The position numbers were made by a program, and so were the translations under genes. From a virus (taxonomy: Duplodnaviria > Caudoviricetes), in the IMG/VR virus record IMGVR_UViG_3300046615_000208, positions 64,001 through 128,000 of that record: a DNA stretch of 64,000 bases, one strand, 5' to 3'. This document shows, piece after piece, positions 1-9,516 of the stretch. How positions within the stretch are numbered: position 1 is the first letter of the stretch; each line of letters begins with the position of its first letter. The notes under the pieces were generated by a model. It was not told the DNA's origin. It saw only the letters and a program-made list of their open reading frames with translations, and made no database searches.

Positions 1-60
1 CGTACCTGAACTGGCTACACTACGGACTGTGGCGACCACTAGTGAAAGGGGACAAATGAA

Positions 61-249
61 ATGGATGAATTGAAAGCTTTTATCGAGAATGAAATCAAGG
101 TGGCTGAAAATGCAGGGGCCTTCTTCGAATTCGCACAGGGGTACGCGGCGGGTTGTGAGACAATTCTAAAGCACGTTGAGACTATGGAAAAAGAGAAGGC
201 AGAGAAATCCAAGGTAATGCCAAACTTCGGGTTCGACGGTCAATTCTAA
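61..249 (+). CDS. hypothetical protein
   Basis: ORF with upstream AAAGGGG RBS, in a run of + strand genes. Confidence 0.7.
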   Translation: MDELKAFIENEIKVAENAGAFFEFAQGYAAGCETILKHVETMEKEKAEKSKVMPNFGFDGQF

Positions 250-268
250 TGGAACAGGGAAGAAACGA

Positions 269-454
269 ATGAGCGTAGGAAATACACACAGGCTCTATCT
301 GGTGGGACCAACACCGGAGAGCGCAATCAAAAACAGCGAGGTCTTCACGGAAGAGAAGTCTGTACAGGAAGGTGTGATCGATGGGTTCAACATTTACTCC
401 ATTGATGCTACACTGTTCGCTTCGAGGCTGAAGCCGGTAGAGAAATGGGATTGA
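269..454 (+). CDS. hypothetical protein
   Basis: ORF with RBS, tightly packed. Confidence 0.65.
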   Translation: MSVGNTHRLYLVGPTPESAIKNSEVFTEEKSVQEGVIDGFNIYSIDATLFASRLKPVEKWD

Positions 455-1110
455 CATGGAAGGTGACTCTTGTCCATGGTCCGGACAATGAGGACGTAGA
501 GACCCTTGGGAATCTACACGCCGCTATGGAGTGGGCAAGAATGAAGAGTGCAGAATACCACGACTATGGGGTGGATTGCCTTGGGCTGATGATGAACAAC
601 TTCGTCAAGGAGGACTTCACGGACGGTGCTTCGTTCCAGTACGGGATGAACTACCATTGGGTAACCTTTGAGAAATTGTCCGAGGACAAGCCCGTACCTG
701 CCGCTGTGACGCTCCCGGAAACGACGAGGGGGGTGGAACTGGACGTACTCTACCCTGCCAAGCCCGGAGAGGACGCGTCAGCGCATACGGACCGGCTTCT
801 CAAGCACGCACGCGAACATGGAACCAACCGGCAGTGTTCCATCGGCTGGCATGATGAATGCTCTGAGATAGACCGTGGAGACGACGCTGATTGTAACTGC
901 CTTTGTCATGCAGACGGTGCTGAGGTATACTCAGTGGAAGGACACGCTGAAGGCGGAGAGGTGACTGTGATCCGCGCAGAGCGTGGCAAGCACCACTGGC
1001 CCCCACAGAAGGGTGAGCCGAAAACCATGTGGGCTTGGTGGGTTCTGGGCAGGTCAGAGGTAGAGGCGGCGCTCAATGGTGCTGAGAAGGAAAGGAACAG
1101 ACTGGCATGA
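445..1110 (+). CDS. hypothetical protein, Cys/His cluster in C-terminal half
   Basis: 221-aa ORF overlapping upstream stop; CSIGWHDEC...CNCLCH. Confidence 0.75.
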   Translation: MGLTWKVTLVHGPDNEDVETLGNLHAAMEWARMKSAEYHDYGVDCLGLMMNNFVKEDFTDGASFQYGMNYHWVTFEKLSEDKPVPAAVTLPETTRGVELDVLYPAKPGEDASAHTDRLLKHAREHGTNRQCSIGWHDECSEIDRGDDADCNCLCHADGAEVYSVEGHAEGGEVTVIRAERGKHHWPPQKGEPKTMWAWWVLGRSEVEAALNGAEKERNRLA

Positions 1111-1192
1111 CGAATGGGCTACAGCTACAGAAGACAGTTGAGCAGGCAATCATTGAGACGCTGACCAATCTGGAGGACGGGGCAGGCAAGCC

Positions 1193-1507
1193 TTGACAGA
1201 CTGGACGTACGTTCCGGAGTACTGGGACATCGGGACGGTGGAGGAACGTATCCACCGTCTTCGGCGTATTGTCCTGCTGCACTCTGTACTCTACTACAGC
1301 ATGGGTGAGACTCTAGTCCCTGATGCACAGTTTGACAAGTGGGCGTATGAACTTGTGGAGTTACAAAAAACGCATCCTGAAGCTTCGGGACGTGTCTACT
1401 ACCACAGGGACGCGTTCGCTGACTTTACGGGAGAGACAGGCTTTGACCTACCCCTGACAGATGCAGGAGCGATCAGGGCGGCAGAGAGGATGAAGCTTTA
1501 CACATAG
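1193..1507 (+). CDS. stand-alone NAD-dependent DNA ligase domain Ia-like protein
   Basis: HSVLYY...LVPDAQFD...LVELQKTHPE resembles the LigA N-terminal HxxxYY-x5-(I/V)xDxx(Y/F)D-x4-EL-x2-LE-x2-HP pattern; no catalytic KxDG. Confidence 0.7.
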   Translation: MTDWTYVPEYWDIGTVEERIHRLRRIVLLHSVLYYSMGETLVPDAQFDKWAYELVELQKTHPEASGRVYYHRDAFADFTGETGFDLPLTDAGAIRAAERMKLYT

Positions 1508-1570
1508 CCAACGTAGTGCTAGAGTTCTGGAAGAACACAGGGTACAACGACAATGAAGGAGTAGATTCCA

Positions 1571-1849
1571 ATGAAAGCGACCATGAGCCGTGACCGGGAA
1601 TACCGCACCAACCTCAGGGTTGAATTCCGGCTGGACAAGGCAGAGGTGGCGAACCTGCTAGCGATCTACGCCACGACCTATGGTGAAGAGCATGAGGAAC
1701 TGTCCGAGAAGAAGCTGCTGGAGATGGTCAAGAAGCAGTTGATGTATCAGGGTCTGGACGTGCTCGAATTCGGAGCCAACGTGGACACCGACGATGCTGT
1801 ATTCGACTGGGCCAAGGAGCAGGTAGCGAAGTACTGGAAGGCCGCTTGA
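1571..1849 (+). CDS. hypothetical protein
   Basis: ORF with AAGGAG RBS. Confidence 0.75.
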   Translation: MKATMSRDREYRTNLRVEFRLDKAEVANLLAIYATTYGEEHEELSEKKLLEMVKKQLMYQGLDVLEFGANVDTDDAVFDWAKEQVAKYWKAA

Positions 1850-1919
1850 CACCAGCCTATCCATCGGGTAGGCTTTTGTTCTGTCAGGAAGAAACGTACA
1901 CCACCTAAAAGGAGAAGCC

Positions 1920-2351
1920 ATGAAACTCAAGCGCAAGAAGATCGGTGACCGGAACTACAACCTCGTGGATGCTGTGACGGGAGAGGTGATTGCCAACGCC
2001 GTCAAGACCGGGGAAGACGGACGGGACAACTACCCGTGGGAGTGGCATCTGGAGACTGGACTGATCTTCAACTCCATGCGTACGTCCGCCGGTAAGAGCG
2101 AGGAATCGCTCAAGGCGTGCGTGGAATACATTGAGGCACAGGCTAGCCGTCTGGGCATCCTCCGGTACGTCGGACCCATCGACCCGTACACCGTGACAGC
2201 CGGTCAGTTCTTCCGCTACGGCGGGGACTACTACCGGGCCGATTCGGACGCGTATGGCGAACACAACACCTACATACCCGTACTGAACTACAAGGAACAG
2301 CGCTCCGAGATCGTCGTGGCGCACGGAAACACGGTGAGCCTCTATGCTTGA
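1920..2351 (+). CDS. hypothetical protein
   Basis: AAAGGAG RBS; upstream TTGACA-17-TAGGCT promoter. Confidence 0.8.
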   Translation: MKLKRKKIGDRNYNLVDAVTGEVIANAVKTGEDGRDNYPWEWHLETGLIFNSMRTSAGKSEESLKACVEYIEAQASRLGILRYVGPIDPYTVTAGQFFRYGGDYYRADSDAYGEHNTYIPVLNYKEQRSEIVVAHGNTVSLYA

Positions 2352-2559
2352 GGGTAATGTTTTCATCCAGTACAAGGGCACTGATCTGTGCGCGGACATC
2401 TACTGCGAATGCGGGAAGCATCTGCACGTGGATGCTGGCTTTGCATACGCCGTCCAGTGCGGACACTGCCAGACCATCTACGAACTGCCCCAGATGGTAA
2501 CAGCAGTCAAAGTTGAGAGCACCCAGTACACTGTGCTGGTGCTGGAGGACGAAGACTAG
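2344..2559 (+). CDS. small zinc-ribbon protein
   Basis: CECG...CGHC. Confidence 0.7.
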   Translation: MLEGNVFIQYKGTDLCADIYCECGKHLHVDAGFAYAVQCGHCQTIYELPQMVTAVKVESTQYTVLVLEDED

Positions 2560-2612
2560 AGATTGACACGGCGGGCATAGGCGTGTAACGTAGTCTATGA
2601 GAAAGGTGAATC

Positions 2613-2966
2613 ATGCCATACAAGAATGAGAAGCCGGGGAACTACATCAAGCCCAAGGATGACCGACGACGCAAGCTGAGCGAGGCGGACAAGGAACGGA
2701 TACGGGAACTGTATAAGCTTCCCGACTGGTCCCAGCGCCGACTTGCCGGGGAGTTCGGGGTGAGCCGCAGGCTGATCCAGTTCGTCGTGGACCCTGACAA
2801 GGAAGCCAGAAACAAGGAAGCCTTTGCCGAACGCCAGAAGGACGGCAGATACTACGACCGTGAGACGCACAACGAGGCCGTAAAGCAGACACGCCGACAC
2901 CGGCAGGAGCTTTACCTCAAGGGCGAGTTGGAGAGTCCGCTTGACACTGACGGACCTGTGCCATAG
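2613..2966 (+). CDS. helix-turn-helix DNA-binding protein
   Basis: KLSEADKERIRELY...WSQRRLAGEFGVSRRLIQFVV HTH pattern. Confidence 0.8.
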   Translation: MPYKNEKPGNYIKPKDDRRRKLSEADKERIRELYKLPDWSQRRLAGEFGVSRRLIQFVVDPDKEARNKEAFAERQKDGRYYDRETHNEAVKQTRRHRQELYLKGELESPLDTDGPVP

Positions 2967-3007
2967 ACTATCTACGTAAGCAAGACCGACAAGCAAAGGA
3001 GAAGGAC

Positions 3008-3415
3008 ATGAGCTTCAACGAAGGCGACAAGGTGAAGGTTCTCACCAAGAACTCCATCCACGAGGGTAAGACTGGAGGGGTCACCCGCGTCTTCAGTGAC
3101 GAGAAAACATGCACCGTTCAACTCGATGGAGACCCTGTAGGTCTGGTCGTAGGGTTCTTCTTCAGCGAACTGGAGCTTGTTGATGTCGAGCGCGAGGCGC
3201 TGATCGAACTGGCCGAGACGCTGGACAAGGCACGGCTACAGGCGAACGCGATTCCGGCCATGGCCCCTCAGTCCGGTGTCTACGGGGACGTGTCCGAAGC
3301 CCTGAAGCGTGCGCTAGCATACGAGTTCGGTGTCTGGGTTGCAAATAAAATCTACGCTTCCCTGCTCGATGGCAACACCGTCCGTGAAGCAATCGCTGCG
3401 GTGGTGAAGAAGTGA
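3008..3415 (+). CDS. SH3/KOW-like domain protein
   Basis: FNEGDKVKV...HEGKTGGV N-terminus. Confidence 0.7.
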   Translation: MSFNEGDKVKVLTKNSIHEGKTGGVTRVFSDEKTCTVQLDGDPVGLVVGFFFSELELVDVEREALIELAETLDKARLQANAIPAMAPQSGVYGDVSEALKRALAYEFGVWVANKIYASLLDGNTVREAIAAVVKK

Positions 3416-3624
3416 TCAGCGACGACGAACCAATGGACTGGGATGCCCGGAGTAAACTCTGGGATAAGTACTACAGGCCCGACACCAACGACTGGGGCAT
3501 GCCTACGCGGGAGAGTCCACTGCGTGGCGTGGAAGTCTGCCAGCGCTGTAGCGCGTTGGTGGATGACACATGGAAGCATCTGGACTGGCACACGGCCCTA
3601 CAGGGAGAGGATTGGGAACGATGA
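3412..3624 (+). CDS. hypothetical protein (CxxC...HxxWH)
   Basis: GTGA overlap with upstream gene. Confidence 0.6.
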   Translation: MISDDEPMDWDARSKLWDKYYRPDTNDWGMPTRESPLRGVEVCQRCSALVDDTWKHLDWHTALQGEDWER

Positions 3625-3729
3625 ACAAGAAATGCACTAACGGACACGAGATGGTGGGTATTGACCTGCCCCAGTTTACTGAGATAGTCTGGTACTGTCT
3701 CGTGGAGGACTGTGCCGGGATAGAGGTAT

Positions 3730-3996
3730 TTGATGACTGACAAGTATATTCTCGTAAAGGTGCGGGACGCGACCAGCGAAATGCCCCCTAACGTTGTGGT
3801 GGCGAGAGGTAAGGTTATCATGCCGACAACGCCAATCGCTCATGTCCGTAAGGCCATCCACAAGGTGGCCGAGGACCAGTTCCTGAGCATAGCGGACATG
3901 GTGACGCACACGCGTTTCATGACGCAGGAAGAATCAGATACTGTGGCACGTGTATTCGAGAAGGCAATGAAACGAGCGAAGGAGAGACGTGGCTGA
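3730..3996 (+). CDS. hypothetical protein
   Basis: ORF with GAGG RBS. Confidence 0.65.
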   Translation: MMTDKYILVKVRDATSEMPPNVVVARGKVIMPTTPIAHVRKAIHKVAEDQFLSIADMVTHTRFMTQEESDTVARVFEKAMKRAKERRG

Positions 3997-4207
3997 GACT
4001 ACTGGTGACCCCGGAGTGGGTGGACCGAAGATGTCCAAGTCCGGAGACAACGGGGCGGAAGAACGCAACAAGTCCTATAACAAGGTGCTTGACTTGCAGG
4101 CCACGTACATCCGTCGAGTGCAGTCCGGACAGTTTGACGAGATTCCCAATGCACTCTTCCGCTGGAAAAGCAAATCAGAGTGGCACGAGAAAACATACGG
4201 CTGGTAA
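3989..4207 (+). CDS. hypothetical protein
   Basis: AAGGAG RBS, overlapping upstream stop. Confidence 0.6.
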   Translation: MAETTGDPGVGGPKMSKSGDNGAEERNKSYNKVLDLQATYIRRVQSGQFDEIPNALFRWKSKSEWHEKTYGW

Positions 4208-4219
4208 GAAAGGAAAAGC

Positions 4220-4663
4220 ATGAGCGAAGGTAAGTGGGTAAAGGTAAAGCATGGAGAGATCGAAGAGGGGGACGTTGTACGCGTCATCAGCAAGGATGGT
4301 CCGCAGACGATCACCACCGAGGGCAAGGTGACCTCGATTATTGTCCATCGGGACGGAGAAAAGGTCTGGAGTATCGAGAACTTCGAGAGCTTCTACTCAC
4401 GCGAATTCATCCCTGATGAGGACGGGAACTTCGCTACGCTGGAGCGTATCGTTCCACCGTTCAAGTGGCCTACCAAGCTGGGGGCTGTGGTGCGTGGCGA
4501 GAATGAGGACGAGGATGTGTACGCGGTTCTGGTCGAAGAGGCCAAGAGCAAGGATGACATTCCTGTCTTCTATACCAAGGAATGGGGAGTCGTCAACATG
4601 TATGACATCGAAGGTCTGGAGGATTTGACAGTGGTCTTCGAAGGTGTTACAGTAGAGGCATGA
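4220..4663 (+). CDS. hypothetical protein (SH3-like, paralog of 4660..5100)
   Basis: IEEGDVVRV; shared F-x-WP-x-x-(L/V)GA-x-V motif with next gene. Confidence 0.75.
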   Translation: MSEGKWVKVKHGEIEEGDVVRVISKDGPQTITTEGKVTSIIVHRDGEKVWSIENFESFYSREFIPDEDGNFATLERIVPPFKWPTKLGAVVRGENEDEDVYAVLVEEAKSKDDIPVFYTKEWGVVNMYDIEGLEDLTVVFEGVTVEA

Positions 4664-5100
4664 CAACAGACGCGGAAGTTAAGTGGGAAGAGATCGGCTC
4701 GCTGGAGCAGTTGAATCTCGGTGATGAAGTCGAGTACAGGTGTACAGGTGACAACAAGGAGTTCAAGTACTGGGGCAAGGTGCTTGAGGTTGCGAAGAAC
4801 TTCCGGGATGAGGTGGTGGTCGTCCGGATGGAGGGGGACTGGAATCTGCTCCCCTCCTCACTGACCGCCTGCGGGGCGAAGAATAAGGTCACCCGTAAGG
4901 TGGTCTCGTTCGTCTGGCCTAAGTACGTAGGAGCGTGCGTGCTAGCAACGAAGGATGACTCTGTATACCACTACGTGCGTGTGGCTGAATCCGGGCGCAA
5001 CGAGTGGGTCCTTGCGGAGACCGGTGAATTCTTCGCTATGTGGGAACTGGACCTGATCAGTACCGGCGTCACACACCGTGTCCTCGGCAGAGGGTACTAA
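4660..5100 (+). CDS. hypothetical protein (SH3-like, paralog of 4220..4663)
   Basis: LNLGDEVEY; FVWPKYVGACV. Confidence 0.75.
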   Translation: MTTDAEVKWEEIGSLEQLNLGDEVEYRCTGDNKEFKYWGKVLEVAKNFRDEVVVVRMEGDWNLLPSSLTACGAKNKVTRKVVSFVWPKYVGACVLATKDDSVYHYVRVAESGRNEWVLAETGEFFAMWELDLISTGVTHRVLGRGY

Positions 5101-5213
5101 ACGAGAAGAGCTTAGCGCACAGGAATTGTATAAACGGTCCCTGCGTGTTAGGCTTACTCGTGCTGGGCTGGTGAAGATCATGGAAGCCAATGAGGCTAGG
5201 GAAAGGGAAAAGA

Positions 5214-5528
5214 ATGAACTACAAGGAAAAGATTCTGGAACACGCGATAACGAACGTTCTGACTAACGCTCTGAACTATCCGGGCAATGTCACCCCGCAC
5301 GTGCTGGGTACGGACATGGCTAAAACCATCGGCGCTGTCAAGGAGGCTGTGACGAACACCGGCCTGTACATCATCGACAACGACTACATGCTGGCGCACG
5401 AACGGGTGAACCGCGTGGAACTGATCGACAACTCCGGACGCGCCTACGTGAAGTACGGCGTGGGGGATGTTATCACCCACTTGCAGGATGATGGACGCAC
5501 CCTGAAGCTCTTCCTTAGGGGTGGATAA
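5214..5528 (+). CDS. hypothetical protein
   Basis: ORF with AAAGGGA RBS. Confidence 0.75.
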   Translation: MNYKEKILEHAITNVLTNALNYPGNVTPHVLGTDMAKTIGAVKEAVTNTGLYIIDNDYMLAHERVNRVELIDNSGRAYVKYGVGDVITHLQDDGRTLKLFLRGG

Positions 5529-5950
5529 TGGGGCGCGAGTCGGCAGAGTTGGTAGTCGCTACGTGGGAGGTTTCGACCTACCTGCTGGCTGAGGACCCTC
5601 TGTTGAGATATCTGGACTCTGGGCTGGACGCACAGCTTATCGCGGACTGTGTGCCGGGAGTAACACCGGAGGAACTACGTGAGGCTGTTGTACACCTGTT
5701 CGAGCGCCTTAGGATGGGGGCTGATACGGAGTACGCCGGTGAGTATGTGGTGATGTTTCATCCGGCCCTTGTGGATTTCTTCTGGGTGACGCACAGGTTT
5801 GTCTTTGACAGGGAGTATCCGGGAAAGGTGAACCACCCGCTGGAGTCCATGGGTCTGCCTTATTACGTGGCGCTGTGGGGTCTGGTGGAGCGGATTCGTA
5901 TCTGGAACAACAACGCTGTTCGAATTGAATACACAGCACCTTCGCTGTGA
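5528..5950 (+). CDS. hypothetical protein
   Basis: TAATG coupling. Confidence 0.7.
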   Translation: MGRESAELVVATWEVSTYLLAEDPLLRYLDSGLDAQLIADCVPGVTPEELREAVVHLFERLRMGADTEYAGEYVVMFHPALVDFFWVTHRFVFDREYPGKVNHPLESMGLPYYVALWGLVERIRIWNNNAVRIEYTAPSL

Positions 5951-5965
5951 ACGGAAAGGATTAAT

Positions 5966-6295
5966 ATGCTAGGATGGACAGTAGCGGTTGACGAGGTCGA
6001 GAAGACAGAGCGGGGTCCTAGCATTGCCTACTGGTATGCTGACCCGGAGTTCCTGACCGAGATGGAGAATCTGGTCGAGGCAGGGGATGCGTTTCTTGTA
6101 GAAAGCAACGGGGGTTACCCCTACAGGTTCGAGGCCTACTCGGACATCCTGCGGGAGTGGCTGGAGGAAGACGACTCGCGTCTGCACCGGAAGTACCGGT
6201 TCTCGGACCTGTACAAATTTCACCTAGACTATGATAGGCTGGACAAAGTTCCAGACGGGGTCCTCCTGTCTGTTGTAATGTGGGACCAGTCCTAG
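5966..6295 (+). CDS. hypothetical protein
   Basis: AAAGGA RBS. Confidence 0.75.
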   Translation: MLGWTVAVDEVEKTERGPSIAYWYADPEFLTEMENLVEAGDAFLVESNGGYPYRFEAYSDILREWLEEDDSRLHRKYRFSDLYKFHLDYDRLDKVPDGVLLSVVMWDQS

Positions 6296-6309
6296 AGGAA
6301 GGAAAAGAT

Positions 6310-6765
6310 ATGACCAAGACAAGGATTGCATTCGAAGACGTCAAGGCAGGGGACCTGCTGGAGGTCGTGGTGGTGAACAGTGGCGTGAAAAGCGTCATTA
6401 CCGCCATAGCGTTCCAGCGTGAAGAACTGGTAACTGGCCGGGACTGGAAAGGGAACGAAGAACGTCAGGTTCTCTGGAACACCTCCGAGGGTGGTATGAT
6501 CGTGGCAAACGGAGAAGAGGCAGTGATCTACCGGATTGACGTGGCTGAGGCCGAGTTCAAGGACATCCGGAAGGGTGACCGAGTGCGCGTCACCGAAGAA
6601 GATTACCGTGGTCGCAAGACCACCACCGAAGATATGGTCGGCACTTTCGTGGACGGCATGAACCCGTTCTGGTTGAACGTGCAGGGCAGTGAGGTGGTTA
6701 TTTTCCAGAGGTACGAACACAAGGGCGTGGACCGCGTCATCGAGATTCTGGAACGGGGCGAGTGA
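6310..6765 (+). CDS. tandem SH3-like domain protein
   Basis: two repeats FEDVKAGDLL / FKDIRKGDRV. Confidence 0.75.
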   Translation: MTKTRIAFEDVKAGDLLEVVVVNSGVKSVITAIAFQREELVTGRDWKGNEERQVLWNTSEGGMIVANGEEAVIYRIDVAEAEFKDIRKGDRVRVTEEDYRGRKTTTEDMVGTFVDGMNPFWLNVQGSEVVIFQRYEHKGVDRVIEILERGE

Positions 6766-6772
6766 AGAAGTA

Positions 6773-7057
6773 ATGTTCAACTGCCTGAGGGATAAGGACC
6801 GGGACCGGGAGATTCGGCGGCAGTCGCTGAAGGACCGGAAGCAATCGCTGGAACAGCGGATCAAGCTGATCAACGAGATTCTGGATGTGAAGTGCGTGCG
6901 CGTGAACAAGCTACTGGACGAACGCGCTCTGGACATCGCCACTATGCTGTATGAAGGTTCGGAGATTACTAAGAAGATGACGCGTCTGCGTGAACTGGAA
7001 GATGAGCTTGTGGAAGTGATTAAGGAACAAGAGGCTATGGAGGAAGCCAAAGAATGA
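6773..7057 (+). CDS. coiled-coil hypothetical protein
   Basis: charged helical composition. Confidence 0.6.
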   Translation: MFNCLRDKDRDREIRRQSLKDRKQSLEQRIKLINEILDVKCVRVNKLLDERALDIATMLYEGSEITKKMTRLRELEDELVEVIKEQEAMEEAKE

Positions 7058-7233
7058 TTGCCTATGTGGTGGCGCTGGCGTTTGTGCTGGCGTTTGTACT
7101 GGGCATGCTCGCGCTGGTGGTCTCTGTCGTAGTGGGAGCAATGTCTGTAGGTAACCTATGGGTGTTGCTCCCTTTGGCGTCGTATGCTCTGGTGTTCTGG
7201 ATGCTTGCGCGATTGGCCAAAGACACTATGTAA
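7054..7233 (+). CDS. small membrane protein (2 TM)
   Basis: 59-aa hydrophobic ORF MIAYVVALAFVL..., ATGA overlap; below the ORF-track length cutoff. Confidence 0.65.
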   Translation: MIAYVVALAFVLAFVLGMLALVVSVVVGAMSVGNLWVLLPLASYALVFWMLARLAKDTM

Positions 7234-7270
7234 ATGTAATATGAAAGTACAACACAATTGAAAGGATGTA

Positions 7271-7555
7271 ATGAGCAATTTCGCTGGGGATGAAGAAAAA
7301 ATCACTTACACTGAGCCGGAAGGTGCCCTGATCTATCGCGGGGAGATCATACTGGCCTCTGAGTATAAAGATGACCGTGTGGGCCTGTGCGTGACTATGC
7401 ACGGTGGTGGGGACGCTGTTGCTGTGGGTATCGGGGATGAGGGTGATATCCAGCAGTTCCTCTATGAGGCGGCTGTACGGTCGAAGCTGATCAAGGACGG
7501 CGAGCCTCTGATCCTGATGAAGCGTGTTAGTGCTGACGCGGAAGATGTCGCGTGA
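7271..7555 (+). CDS. hypothetical protein
   Basis: AAAGGA RBS. Confidence 0.75.
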   Translation: MSNFAGDEEKITYTEPEGALIYRGEIILASEYKDDRVGLCVTMHGGGDAVAVGIGDEGDIQQFLYEAAVRSKLIKDGEPLILMKRVSADAEDVA

Positions 7556-7923
7556 GGTACGGAATCATGAGGTACAAAAAGGGGGACATGGTCGAGATCG
7601 ATGATCCCGGCTCTCCCTTCTATGGGCGGATCGGCAAGGTGATCTACACGGACCACGAGGCCCTGAGGGTGGATGTCGCGCCCAAGTGGTACTGGGGTGA
7701 GGGCGATGTCAGGGAAGCCATGTGGGAGTCCCAGACGAGCCTGATGGCGCTTCCGATGGGTACCATCGTGGAGGACAAGACAGGAGTCGAGTGGGTGAAG
7801 ATCGGGAGTGACATTTGGGCCACGACGCAACTGGGCAGTAACGGCAGTACACTGACCGGAGTCGAGTCCTTGAACCTCGCAGGTCGCTACGTAAAGCGTA
7901 CGTTTTTGGGGAAACTGGATTAG
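7552..7923 (+). CDS. SH3/KOW-like domain protein
   Basis: YKKGDMVEI...FYGRIGKV. Confidence 0.7.
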   Translation: MRYGIMRYKKGDMVEIDDPGSPFYGRIGKVIYTDHEALRVDVAPKWYWGEGDVREAMWESQTSLMALPMGTIVEDKTGVEWVKIGSDIWATTQLGSNGSTLTGVESLNLAGRYVKRTFLGKLD

Positions 7924-7964
7924 TATGCTAAGCTGGGGCTAAGCAAACAAAGGAAGGGACAAAG

Positions 7965-8156
7965 ATGAGTATATTGAGGGGTCGGACGGAACGTCTGTCG
8001 ATCTATGGCATGGCCGGGATGCTGTTCTTCTTCGCTGGCTGTGCGGCTGTCGTACTGGCTGCTGCGCTGTCGGTGGAGTGGCTGCTGGTCCTGTGGGGCG
8101 TGTCGTGGGTTGCCTCTGTGGTCATGGCTGTGGTAGGGTCGGTGAAGAGTGACTGA
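7965..8156 (+). CDS. small membrane protein (2 TM)
   Basis: two hydrophobic helices. Confidence 0.7.
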   Translation: MSILRGRTERLSIYGMAGMLFFFAGCAAVVLAAALSVEWLLVLWGVSWVASVVMAVVGSVKSD

Positions 8157-8361
8157 GTTCTTCAAGGACAGGAACAACCACAACCTGATCCGCTACGTGG
8201 GATTCTCCATGGCAGTGGTGGGGATACTGGTAGCAATCGGAGCGGCAATTTTTGCCGGGGTTATCGGGTCTGGGGGCTTGGGGTTCGGCGCGGCAGGAAT
8301 GTTTGTGCTGAGCTTTGCATTGTTGCCTGTGACCGATATCAACTTCTCGAAGTGGAACTGA
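8149..8361 (+). CDS. small membrane protein (2 TM)
   Basis: two hydrophobic helices. Confidence 0.7.
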   Translation: MTEFFKDRNNHNLIRYVGFSMAVVGILVAIGAAIFAGVIGSGGLGFGAAGMFVLSFALLPVTDINFSKWN

Positions 8362-8362
8362 T

Positions 8363-8602
8363 ATGTGGGTCTATAAGCTGGTGGCGAAACTGCTGACGCA
8401 CACGGTACTGTATGGACTTGCAAACATCATGATCTTTGGCGGGATGCTTCTGTGTGTCGTGGGAGGGTTATTGTTTGTGGTCACGCCATGGGTCACGTGG
8501 ATCGGTATGGCGGTGTTTATTGGCGGACTCTGTGTGCTGGGCTGGTCGGACCAGTATCTGCCATCGGAGGAAAAGAAAAGGAGTGAGAATGGAAATGGGT
8601 AA
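8363..8602 (+). CDS. small membrane protein (2 TM)
   Basis: two hydrophobic helices. Confidence 0.7.
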   Translation: MWVYKLVAKLLTHTVLYGLANIMIFGGMLLCVVGGLLFVVTPWVTWIGMAVFIGGLCVLGWSDQYLPSEEKKRSENGNG

Positions 8603-8804
8603 GTTGGTGACCCGGTTCGCGGACTGGGTGGACTCGCACGGTGAAGGTGCTGATGACCACATGGTGGCCGGGATGGTCATTGGCGCAATGGTGGCGGGGG
8701 TTCTCGGCGTTGTGGCCGCTGTGGCACTGGAGTCTGGCCCGCTGTTGATTCTGGGGTTTGTGGTGTTCACCGTGCACATGATCTATGCAATGGCGGTGCT
8801 GTGA
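8589..8804 (+). CDS. small membrane protein (2 TM)
   Basis: AAGGAG RBS; two hydrophobic helices. Confidence 0.7.
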   Translation: MEMGKLVTRFADWVDSHGEGADDHMVAGMVIGAMVAGVLGVVAAVALESGPLLILGFVVFTVHMIYAMAVL

Positions 8805-9022
8805 TGGTGAAGTGGATTAAGGGTAAGTTTGGGGAGGGTGCTGTGCCGTGGTTCTTCCTCTGCGCCCCCATTGTCTTGGGTGTGGCGGGGATTGCGGGGA
8901 CCATCTTCTTCGCTGTGACAGGGATCGTGGCTGGCCTGTGGGTGAGTGTGCCTGCCATTGTCGTGGGTCTTGTTGGAGTCCCGGTCACCGGGATGATTCT
9001 GGAGGATAAGAACTATGTCTGA
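8801..9022 (+). CDS. small membrane protein (2 TM)
   Basis: two hydrophobic helices. Confidence 0.7.
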   Translation: MMVKWIKGKFGEGAVPWFFLCAPIVLGVAGIAGTIFFAVTGIVAGLWVSVPAIVVGLVGVPVTGMILEDKNYV

Positions 9023-9215
9023 GTGGTGGGCTGCGTTGGGTCGCGAGAGACTGGGCTGGTTTCTTCTGTCGGGGTTTCTGGCACTGATCGTGGTAGGAAT
9101 GGCTGTCGGGATCGTGGCACTTAACTGTGTGCCTTTTGTGGAACCTCTGGTGCATCTGGGCTTTGCCACAGCGGTCTTGGGGTTTGTGGGTGCGTTGGTG
9201 GCGGTTATATGGTGA
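9015..9215 (+). CDS. small membrane protein (2 TM)
   Basis: GGAGG RBS; two hydrophobic helices. Confidence 0.7.
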   Translation: MSEWWAALGRERLGWFLLSGFLALIVVGMAVGIVALNCVPFVEPLVHLGFATAVLGFVGALVAVIW

Positions 9216-9222
9216 GGATGTG

Positions 9223-9516
9223 ATGGTGGAGTACACGACGGACTACACGGCGCTGGAGTTGGCTCTGGCGGCTGTGTTTGACGAGGAACAGGCCTGTGAG
9301 TCTTCGGAACATTTGACGCGCCCTGAGGGCCACGCAGGGGCTGCTGAGTGGTATGTGCATGTGAAGCACGAGTGCGGGCATGACGTGGTGAGGGCGTACT
9401 GTGACAAATTTAAAGGCATGATTACGTTGCCTACCTCTCTTGCAATCTGTGGCGGGTGTGGTGTAGAGTTGGTGGCATCGGAAGTTGTACAGAGTACTAC
9501 AAGGATTGGAGCGTAA
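9223..9516 (+). CDS. Cys/His-rich hypothetical protein
   Basis: HECG, YCDK, CGGC motifs. Confidence 0.7.
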   Translation: MVEYTTDYTALELALAAVFDEEQACESSEHLTRPEGHAGAAEWYVHVKHECGHDVVRAYCDKFKGMITLPTSLAICGGCGVELVASEVVQSTTRIGA

